A stretch of DNA of 64,000 nucleotides from a virus. Each line of letters opens with the position of its first letter. The first letter of the stretch is position 1. The translations under genes were made by a program, and so were the position numbers. The stretch lies in the IMG/VR virus record IMGVR_UViG_3300025770_000656; one strand, 5' to 3'. Shown one piece after another: positions 8,465 through 20,400 of this stretch. Under the pieces are notes generated by a model. The model made no database searches and was not told where the DNA came from. It worked only from the letters and a program-made list of their open reading frames with translations.

Positions 8465-11400
8465 TTAAATGTCCAGCTCTCCAAAGTATCCTTCATCTGC
8501 ATATTCGTCTTCAACGTACTTGGGTGACTGGAATTCTGCAATGTAATTGGGCAGCGATGCTTCACAAGCCTTAAGGAATGCTGCATTCGTACTTGAAGAA
8601 CTTTGTAAGCCAAATCCATTTGCAGACGTACTAGTTCCAACGTCATACCAAGTTTGTGTATGTGTATTTGTAGCTGGTAACCGTTGTGCTTCAGTTGTGT
8701 CATACACTTCTGTACCTTTTATATGCCTAGGCGCAAACCTTGTGCCATTCGTTCCTCTACGAATACCAGTAACAAAATGATCTTCGTGACTAATTTCCCA
8801 ATACGTAATTCGTTCGTTACCAACATAGAGAACTCCGGGTTTGTCAGCATTTCTACTAACTAGTGGCAATCTAGTTGCATCTTCAACATATATCTTTGTA
8901 TCTTCTGCTACTAAATCTGCTGAAAGTTGTGTTTGTCCATCATTACATAACCTAAAGTACTCGTAAGTACCAAGCATGTCGTTAACCATTCTGTAACCAA
9001 TGGTAGGTTCCGTAATATTTTCAGTAAAGTGCGTAACTATAATTTCACTAGATGCTGAAACAGTTTGACTACTTAAATCTATTTTTCCTGTTGTATCAAT
9101 CGTAAACTCTCCCGGATGAAGTTTTACACCATCCAGTGTTATCCATAAATTGTTAGTATTTGTAGGTGTTCTGTCTAAAGTGTACTTTTTGTTACTACCC
9201 TGCCCAATGTAAACTTTTGTTTGCGTTCTTAAGGTGTCATGGTTGTTAAAGGATGTAACATGTAACTTATCACCGCCGCTAAATGCAAATCCGCTGTTAA
9301 GTCTTAACTTACCAGCATCTATAAAGTATTCGTTAGAGTTGCGTGTACTAACAATAAGTGTATCACCAGCATTGCCAGCATCTAGTATAGTTACTTGCCA
9401 AATTAATGTGCTTGTTTCATCCAATACTGTTGATAATGTAAAGTCTTGAATGTAGTTTAGGTTTATACTAACGTTGTTTGTCTTGTCAAGCCTAACAACT
9501 TGGATATCACCAACAGCAACATTTGCTGAATTTTCTCCAGCAGTATTTGGAGTATTGTAAGCAACAGTACTACCGTCTAATGTATAATATTCACTATTAG
9601 CTGGGCGTAGTCTTTCTGATCCTTTTTCAACAATAATATTTCCTGAAATTGGATTAGCAAAGTCATCATCAAACGCTTGGTCTAAGTCATATATGTATGT
9701 ACCACCAACCAGTGTTATGGTCTGTGTTTGTCCGTATGTAAACGCTGGTTTTGTTGCTGCCCGATTACTAATAAATGCATGTATTACACTTCCGTCTGGA
9801 TTAGTATCATTAATAGTTATTGTAACACGATTATTTTGGTTGCTAACACTGTGGTCTACTGAAACACCATCACGTAATACCAAGCTCTGTACGTAACGTG
9901 TATAATCAACACCAAGTGTGTACTGGGCAGTACTTGCATCACCTATTAGTACTTCTTCATGTACTAGTTTTTCACCAGTTGTACCAAATCCATAAATGTA
10001 AATTTGCGTTCCAGCACTTGGCTGCGTAGTAAAGCTAATTGTACGAAATTCGTAGTCAGTAGTAAAGTCGTGTATTCTTGTAGCGCCTTGGTAAACTACC
10101 AGGTAGTCAACGAGCTCTTTACGCTGCGAATTGGCATAACTAAACTTATTATTAGTGCCGTCTGCTGTATAAACTCTGGTAACAGATTTAAATCCATTCC
10201 CGTCCCCTAAAAAGTCATCACTAGGATCAGTGTAAACTTCTATATCTAGATTATCAAATACAATTCCTGGAATAACTTCTTCTGGTGCATGGCTTGAGTA
10301 TGTGTCTACAAATAATCCACCATCTATATTGATATCTTCTGGTGCTGTGCCAAGTGCTAAGTCAGTAAACGTGCTTCTCATTACAGTGTCTATGCCGCCA
10401 GTAACTGCAAGTCCATCCGCATCTACTTCAAAGTTATCAAAACCAACAATATCCCATACTGCACTATCATATCCAGGTTCCCTATCAAAACCTAGTCCAC
10501 TTACTTTGTTTCCATTATAATCTGTTCCAGGTTGTAGTAAATTTAAGTCGTCTCCAACCATGCCAACTCCAGGCACGTAGTAACTTGCAATTCTATCTGC
10601 GGCACTAGCTAACTTCTCATCTGCGTATGCAACAAGTATTTCGGTGCCAGCACTATCTTCTACTCCAAATGTAGTTCCACTTGTAAATCCACCAGTTGCA
10701 GTAACTTCATAAACTTCCTGCTTACCAGTAACTTCATTATAGTGTGCAATTAGATCTTGGTAGTCGTAACTTGTACTGGCGGTCCAGTCTTTAACAGTAC
10801 TACTGTAAGTAATTCTATCAAATTTAATTGTAGTGTCAAACTCGCGAGTAGTATCGTTTGCAATTCTTGGATTTAGTACTAGTCCAGAACCTTGTCCTGT
10901 TACAGTAATTGTTGGATTTTTAGTATATCCGCTTCCTTTAGTAGTTACCGTAACTTTTACAATACTGTCTCCGTTTGTAACAGCCGTTGCAGTTGCTTGT
11001 ACTCCACTAGTTGAGTCAGGAGCACTAATAGTAATTGTTGGGTTATCTAGAAATCCTGTTCCAGCATTTACAATAACAATGTTATCTAGATAGTAAGTAT
11101 AGTTTTCACTCCACGACTTGTTAAGGCCCTGTGTGCGAGTAATTTCGTCACCACCAAAATCACCGCTGGGTTTTCTAAAATAATTTGTTGTTGTATCAAA
11201 AAAGCTATGCTGATCAAAATCTGTTATATCGCCTTGGAACTGATCATCGCCGTCGTAACTTGCTACATACTCTCTAATATTAGTGTGATAAGGCTTAACT
11301 TCATTAATAAACTCTTCAATAAACGTACTATTATCTAACTGGTATGTTGGATACTGGTCTAGGTTTCTTATTTTGTGTAATACTTTAATAAAGCTGGTCT

Positions 11401-14400
11401 TAAATATCCAGTCTGTATTACTAAGATGTAACTCTTGCAACGCATACTCAATCATTCTAAAGAACAATTCGTTTTTATTGCTAGCAAGTGTGCCTACAAA
11501 AATTTCATCAAAAACTGCGTTTGCAATATTTCTAACTTCCTGTTGCGGCACACGATCATATTTTTCAAAGTCAAACACGCCACTGTCAAATCCAATGTAA
11601 CTGCCACTGGATGCATTAGCAAAGTCATATATGGTGTCCAGTATCTTAATAGTTCCGTTCTCAATAATAATCTCATCCCAGCCACTGGTTGTCAACTTAA
11701 AGAAACTATAGTTACCATCATCGTTGCTTAATACTTTAGAAATATCACCAGTAACCGCAGTAGTAAGTGCAATTAAATCTGGCTCTGTATTAACAGTAAA
11801 TTGCGGAATTGTGGTGCTGTCATAATCGTCGGCATACCAAGTAGTATACTCCCAGAACCTAGCAGTATTAAATGCTTGTACTCTGTCTAAAAACCAAGTA
11901 CGAGTATTATCAGTTTCTACTACCAGTGAGTAAATAGCCCAATCACCGCCTAGAGTACTATCACTCTCAACAAGTACTTTATATCCAGCACTAAATGTTA
12001 ATGTATTAAGAAAATCTCTAGTAGTAATATCAGCAACCTTTTGATCCCAGGCTCCGCTTGATTTAGTTGGCTCTGGATCAGTTAGGAACAAATTAGTAAG
12101 ACTAAATTGTCTGCTAATAGGCGTAGTAAGGAACACCTTGTTACAGTAAGTAATAAAATTCTTTAATGCTTGCTGTCTGTTAACAAATAATGTTTGTCTT
12201 GGTCTAATAGCAATTCCGTAGCGTTCTCCTTGACTTAATGATGCGTCTGGCACAACAGCTCCGGTTTTATCAGCTCCAGCAAGACTGTCTATTAACTTAG
12301 TCTTTATGTCTCTTGGAATATCTTGCTTGGGATCACCTTCGCTAACTAGTTCAAATTCACTGTGTAGTACACCTTCATTTTTAACAACATCATAGTTAAT
12401 ACTAAGAACAACATTTCTGTCTGCCCAGGTACTACTAAGATTATTCATTATAAAAGCATTCTTATCTACAACACTAAGATACTTTAGTCCTGCACTTGCT
12501 GGATCTTCAATAAGTTGTCTAACACTTTCAGTACTAAGGTGTCTACGATCATCTTCTGGGTATACGTTAAGTCCAGTTACCCAATAGTAGTAACGTGTTA
12601 CAGTACTATTAGTTGCAGGATTGTATTGTAAGGATACACAATAAGCCTCGTCATTTTCATATTTAGGTGTACCTTCTAAACCAAACTGTACATGTTCACT
12701 TGGCAATACAGGACTCTGCACCCATTCATAAATATCTACTGAACTTCCAGGAAAGAATCGGTTCCAATTTTGAACTCTGTAGTCTAATTCACCTTGCTCG
12801 TACTCAATAACACGGCATGTACTTAAATCCCACCAAAGTCTACCAACATACTCGTTATCCCAGTTATTATTTTCTGAATGTGTAACTTCGTTAGGTATAG
12901 TGGTAACACTGTACGTAGAAGGATCAATTGGAAAAATATAGTCTAGTTCTGATTGTACTCTGCCAGGCAACTTATTTTTAAATATGTCTATAGTGTCAAC
13001 AAAGTCAATAATCTCGCTATTGGTCTTATCATATGTAGCTACACGATTGATAACATCAATGTTAATTTTAGCTGTTTGCTCTCTATACTTTTCCCAAGAA
13101 CTTTTGTTTAATGCATTATTAAAGTAATAGAAGCTACCAGCATTTGTTTTCCACTCATTGTCTGCACTACTACCAACAAATAATCGACCACGATTTATTG
13201 CTAAACTAGAACCAAATTTATCTAATTCATTTATTTTGGTATTTCTTAACTGTTGCCCGTAAGCATAAAGTGGTGGATTACTAATACTTTGTACAGTTCC
13301 TGTGGTTACTGTACTGTCTAGCAAATCGTAAACATATGCGGCTCCGCTTTGTGTAACACGATCAATAAACTTAGTACTGTCTGCATCAAAGGTAGTCAAA
13401 GCGTCGTTATATGTTAGTGATGTAGTTACTGTATCTCTATCAAATGCAACATCAAGCATCGTGCTAGCACGATCACTACTAATAACACAACGTTGATTAG
13501 CTACTCCGCTTACAGGAATGTGCTTATCAAAAGTTATTACTCTACCAAAATTTTCGTTCTCAACTAACAACGGATGGTTAATTTTTTGACTAAACTTAAA
13601 AGGTTCTACTTCTGCTCGTACACGGAATGTATCTCCAGTGCCAGGCCGCACTTTTAGCTTTTGGTTTGGTACTTGATTTATACTAGTAATTGTTACTTGA
13701 CCAGTACTAGTTAGATTTGCATCATGCAATGTTAAATTACTGCTATTGTTAACCGAAGATGCAAAGTCACTTGGACTTGCACTAGTGTTAAAATTCATTA
13801 CAACTTCAAAGTCATCAACAAATATACTATCCAGTTGTTGCTGGAATGTTGCTGCATTACTGCTAGCAGTTGTAACTGATCCAAAGCGTAATCCTTCATC
13901 AATAAACACAAATGCACTACCAGTGTTAGGATTAGTTTCATCTTCACCTGGTGATCCAACTACAGCTATCGTGCCGTATGCATCTAGTCCAACTGATGTT
14001 CCAAACTGCTCGTTATCTCCAAGTGCTTGGCCAGTTATTTGACTTTGATCTAGTCTCTGAATTTCTGCAAAATTACCAGTGTATACACGGATAATTTGTC
14101 CATTAGTTGGCCTATACCTAAAAGTAATAGTGTTTCCAGAAACTGTATAACGATTCTCACTACTATCACTGTCGAATGAACTAAAGCTACCAGTAGCTGG
14201 AACCTGCTTTACACCGTCAACTTCAATATAAAAGTTACTGGGTAATGTATTTGTAGTTGTAAATGCAGTAGTAACTCCGTCACCAGTAAATCGTTCTACT
14301 ATGTGATGGAATAGGTATACTTCACCAGCTTCAGGAAATAATGTACTATCAGCACTAGCAACAGTACTAAACGGTGCGCCAACAATAACTGTTTCACCTG

Positions 14401-17400
14401 CTGTATCAGTGTCAATGTTATAACCAAACTGATCTCCAGCCGTTGAATCACTGCCAGTAAAGCTGGCTGTGTGTTTATAATAACTACGCTGTCTAACAAC
14501 AACACTAAGAGTGTTAGCTGGTGCGGTAGTAAATGTTATTACACTTCCACCTAGTGTATAGTCTTTATAAGGAATATATTCTTTACCATTTCCGTCTTGT
14601 ATGTAAAGTGCATCAATGCTTACTGGGGTAGTAGTAAGAGTAAAAGTTTGATCACTACCGTCTCCTGTAAAAGTTTGACTTGTTTCATCAGAAGTAGCAA
14701 CTTCTACTAGAGTGTACACATGCACTTTGTTTTCACCAGTAGCACTTGCGTATATGTACCTATCGTCTTTACTCATTGTTACACTGTAACCAAACTTAGC
14801 ATTAGACCCTGGCGATGCAAGTCTTATGGTTTGTCGAAGTGAATATGATCCATTGAAACTACGTTTATAAACAAACACTGCTCCGTTACTGCTATCGGTA
14901 CTTGGCGCACCCACTGCTATATATTCGTTGCCAGCTGCAACGCTAAATCCAAAAGCATCAATGCTAGAACCAATATCACTAGGTGCTAGAGAAATGTTTG
15001 GATTAAACACACCTGAGCTATCTCTGAGATAAGGGTAAACTACGCCTGTTGACTGCTCTGGTGCACCAGAAAATACAGCTAATGCATCATCAGTAACTGC
15101 CAGGCTAGTGCCGTTTGCAGCATTGCCTGATGTCTCAATATTGAATATAACACTGTTAAAGTCCCAGGGATTGTCTTTTCTATATGCCGCCCACTGGTCA
15201 TCTTCTGTAGCATCTACCCATGCAATTTCATTCTTTTCCCAACCGTATGCTGGTGTAAAGTTTGCAATATTAGATTTTGCAGGAAAGCGAACACTTACTA
15301 ATTTAAACAACGGTATAACTAAGTTGCCAGATGCATCTATTTCAATACCATCTTCAATACCAACTGTAAATGTTGTACTACCGCCAGTGCTTATAACTTT
15401 GTGTAACCCACCTGAAACTTCGTTACTTGATTTAACAACCACAATGTCATTTTTAACAATTCCATGTGCAGAATTTGTTGTGTAGGTGATTGCTTCAGTG
15501 CCAGTTTGCTCAATACTAATTATTTCGGCAACTACTTCTGTTACACGATATATGTCCCAATCAAAATTTGATTTAACAGTCCAGATTGTTGTTCCACGAC
15601 CAATTTTATCAACACTATCAGTTAGAACTTCTAAGTTGTCTTCTAAGTTAAAAACAGTAAAGTCTGCATCATCTAATCTTGGATAACCAGCACCAACAAT
15701 GTCAGTTTTTTTATTGTCCGAGCTTCTAGGCAGGAATATGTTTTTACTAAAATTATTTGGAACTTTGTAAAGATCTTTTTCGTAATAACTTAGTCTATCA
15801 ACATCAGCAGTATCGTTACTGTCCAGTATCTCAACTACTACCTGATTGTTCTGTGCTTTTGCTTCATCAATAATTAGTTCTATAACCTGGTTACTGTCTA
15901 TGCTACCAAAAGCACCTACACGTACACCCCATTCTTCGTATACATTAATCTCTTGGTCCAAGTTAGTAAGGTCAGCATGTACTAGCTTATCAATAACATT
16001 TTTAGTGCCTTTATTTCTGATCATTCCTTGGTAGAACTTAACCTGACTTACGTCATCTAATCCTAGTTGATCCAAGTATTCTCTTTGCCTAAAACCAATT
16101 TGTCCTTTTGCAGCTAAATCAGTAGTACTCTCAAGGTTACTAGTATTTAAATCGTAAAACTCAGTGAACCTCTGCGCCTTTTGACTTATGTTTGGCAATA
16201 AGCCAGTCTTCATATTGTCAATTGGCAACCAGTCACTGTAGTGAAATTTAGATTCTCCATCATGATTATCTTTGGCTACGTAAAGTTTTTTATTATGACT
16301 TACTATATCGCCTTTCTTATAATCTGTGTTTTGTATCCATAAATTATATTCATTTTTACTAATTAAGAACCCTGGAGCATGTAATGTGCCATTCCATGGA
16401 TTACTTTTAAATCCAACAAACTTAACACGAGCCTGTCTGTTTCCAAGCTCTGGTTGATAAATGACATCGTTAAAAATTGTAGTATTATCTAATACCAAGT
16501 AATGCTCATATTGAATAGGATCTATTTGTGCCGCGTAAATACTATTTTTATCTGGATCAGTAGTAATGACAGTTTCATTATCTATTCTGCTAACATCATA
16601 GTCTGTTGGTCGTATTGCAACACCGCTTGGATTTTTAATATTACCAAACTTGTTTAAATTATCAGTTGTAGTGTTTAACCTATTGACTCTGAGTTCGTTT
16701 CCTGCTGGACTAATACCTAGCACTGAATCATCAGCCCATCCTTGCTGAGTCCATAGTAAAAATTCTTTAACAGATAAGGTATAATCTTTTGGCTCACTGA
16801 TACTATTTAAAGTTTCAAACTTTAAACCTTTTGTTTTTAAATATCTTTGATAGGCTATTAAAAAGTCTGCTGTTTGTTGTATTGTTGGAATAATGGTGCC
16901 ATATGCTACATTAATAATATGTCGTTCACCGTCATCATACAGGATTGCAGTTCTTTCTCCAACTGTTATTTGTCTGTTGTTTGTAGTTTTTACACTTGGC
17001 ACAATCTTAAAGAACGGATTATTAACGTCAAAGCCAGTAATTTCATAACCAGTTTTTCGTTTAATAATATTAATACCTGTATAAGTAATCCTTTCTAGTG
17101 GAGTACTCTTATTAACAATAACTGAAACATTCTCGTCAGGTATAAAAATATTGTTTCCTGTGCTTGTTGGTGTAGTACTTTCAATTATAATCTTACTTTG
17201 TGATAGGTCTGTAAATCCAGCCGTTGGATATACTAGACGCAAAGTTAAATTTTGTATCTCTGTTTGCAAGTTAGCGATGTCTAAATTTTTAAACTTATAA
17301 TAATTCTCAATAAACTGGTTATAACCTTCTACACGGTTAATTGTAGTAGTATTGGCAATAGTAGTACCATTAACTTTATATTCGTTTATTTTAGGTCTAT

Positions 17401-20400
17401 AGCTCTTGTTCTTTTGTAGAATTTGATCATAAGTTGCATCATACTTAATTAAGTTAGTATCCCACAGTAAAGCAAAATACTTTGCTGGCTTTCTAAGTGC
17501 TGATAAAACTTGTTGGGCGAATGGCCATTCACTACTCCGTCTCCATGCACTCTCTACTGGACCAGAGTCTCCAATAGCCCAGGATATATCAGCATTGCTA
17601 GCAAACACATCTACGGATAAAAACTCAGCTGGTGAAAGAAGTTGACCTTGATCGTCTACTGGAATATAATCAGTTAGATTTGGACGTACTCGTAAAGTTT
17701 CAGTTGTAAACTCTGCATCTCTGCCTGCACTTTCATACAATTTGCCTTTTTCAAGATCTTCCCAGAGAACATAGTTACCACGGGTATATGGTGCTTTACC
17801 ATAACGTAAATCCCACCAATTTGGTTTTACGTGTAAGCCCAACATTTCCCAGGGAGTTAAGTGCGGAGTTTCTGTATCATATAACCAACGATATATTCCA
17901 CGCCAATAACCTGGCATACGAAAACCTTTATCTGCAGTAGTACCTAGATTATAGTTCCACGTAAAACTATTTTCAGCATCATATGATTCGTTGTCAAGAT
18001 ATCTAAGTGCGTTCTTGTGCGCCCAGCTGGTAAACAACCTACCTAGTATAGCATTTTCCTGTGCTAATTCTAGCTCGGTGTTTCTGTGGTACCCACTTTG
18101 TACATCAGCTAGGTCAAAAGTCTTTGCATCGTAGTTTGTTTTAATATTATTATACACACGTTTTTCGTATTCTAGTAGAATTAGATCACGTATATCTTTA
18201 TATACTACCCAACGGCTTCCGTCATGTCCTAGTAAAACTGGTGTGTAGTTAGTGTACTCATCATAGTCGCTGTTGTCAATACCAGCATGCGTAGCGCCAG
18301 CTGAGGACATATGCCAAACTCTGTCGCTTCCTTCAAACTTATGTGTGTGGCTTCCATCTCCAGCAGCCGCGCTTGTTGTATACAGTGGATAAAACCATCC
18401 AGTTTCTCTTTCACCGTTTTGTGTATAACGATCCTGTGCAGTTCCGTAAATTTTAAAAGGACCAGTTCCTGTTGAAACCTCAGTTTGATAAGTGTCGTCC
18501 AATGTAACCACTGGTTGATATTTTGGATAAAGTCCTAGTTTACTTGGCGTTGGTGGAATAAAACTGCCATTGGTGTTTGAATACTCAACAATTTTAATAG
18601 TATCTCCAATCGACAAAGTAATATCATTACTCAATGTAAGTGCAGCTTCTACTGCATCAAAAGTATAGTCATGCTCGTATGCAAGTTGTACAACGTTACT
18701 GGTAGTAGCGTTTGTTAAGTATACTAGTAACCCACGTGAACTAACTTGTGACAAGTCAAATTGACTTTTAAATGTAAATGTACGCTCAGTTATCTGATCT
18801 AAAACATATGTTGTAGTTGTTTTTTCACTACCCCAGGGAATCATATCTGTGTAATAAAATGGAAAATTACTGCTCTTAGTTCCAACCATAAATGTCATTA
18901 TAGTATCAAGAGACCCGACTGGATCTCTAAGATCTAGATCAAGTTTATCTATGTTGTCAAGTAGTCTGTTCTTAAATCTAGTGTATTCATTTAATGAGTA
19001 CTCTGTGCTTTCGACAAACAAGTTATTTTCACTACCCAACAAGTGATGCGCTAGTGTAGCACCTGCACTATGTTGTAAAATATTTCCTGGATATTTTTTA
19101 TAATCTAAGTCTCTAAGGTTATTAGTACCCAAGCTCTTTCCAGTAAATTGACTTATTGTTCTAGTCATGTTTACAAGATGGTTTCGGCATTGTCCCAGTG
19201 TTAATGTAGCAAAGTCTGCGTTATTGGCATTGTTTTCTAAGTTACTAGGTACTTCATAAAATCCTATTTTATTTTGATCGTCACTGTAAACTCTAATTAA
19301 AACAGTGTCTTCAGTCTTTAGTGCTGAAAAGAAACTTACATAGTGTTTTTCATTTTGGTTAAGTTGTGTAAATTTGTCAGCAGTTTGAAATGCACCATTA
19401 ACAGATACTTGGAGAGTTGTTTCTTCAGTTATTTCTTTTGGCTTACACCCTATTTCAAAAACAAACTTTTCATCATTGACAATGTGCTGAACTTGTTGCC
19501 ATTGTTTACTTTCACTAACAGATTTTGTCCAGCCGTTATTTGGTGTTTTAACGCCAGCACTGTATTGGTGTACATGTCCACTTTTAATAATGATGTCTAC
19601 AGCGCCAAGATCTGACTTAGTATATGTAAATTTGTCGTTTACATAATTGTTATCAAATAGTATGTCGCCAACATTATTAATATTTTTGTAAGTTAGTGCA
19701 AAGCCTAATACTTTGTCAGCACTAGCAGTAGTACTTCTTTTGTAACTAAACAGTTTATTACCAACAAAATTAGTGCTTGGATACTTGGTTGTATCACTAA
19801 AGGAAACGTCATCTCCATCAAATACATCAAACAGTGGTTCCTGATTAATCTTTGTTTTTTGTTGTGCTTCTTTCCACACACTGTTGCCAGAAGTATCAGT
19901 GGTATAGTGGAACATCTTTCCCTGGTTGGTAGCACCTAACCTACTTAACATACAATCATTAAGGCTAACTGTGCCTGTTTTAGTTAACTGAATAATTGGA
20001 TCAGTTTGTAAGTCACTATCATGATCAATATGGCTTATAGTATAAATGCATTCTTGTATTTCAGGGTCTTTTGTAAAGCATATAGTACGCCCTGGAGTTA
20101 AGTCAATACCATCTGAAAAATAACCTTGTTTTCCATTAATATTACTAAATGCGTCAGTTTGTGTTGTGTCAATAATGTCCACTGGAGGCTGGCTATTATA
20201 GCCCATATTGTATAGGTGTAATCCAGCGTCAAACTCTATGATAGGACGTTTAGCTCTAGCAGTATCATCTATAACAGTAGTAAAGTTGTTGTATTCAGCA
20301 GTTTTTGTTATAACACTTCTGTGGAACCACCTGTTACCACGGCTCCATGCATTATTGTCTTCACTTGCCCTATGAATAACAATATAGTCCTGGTTAATTG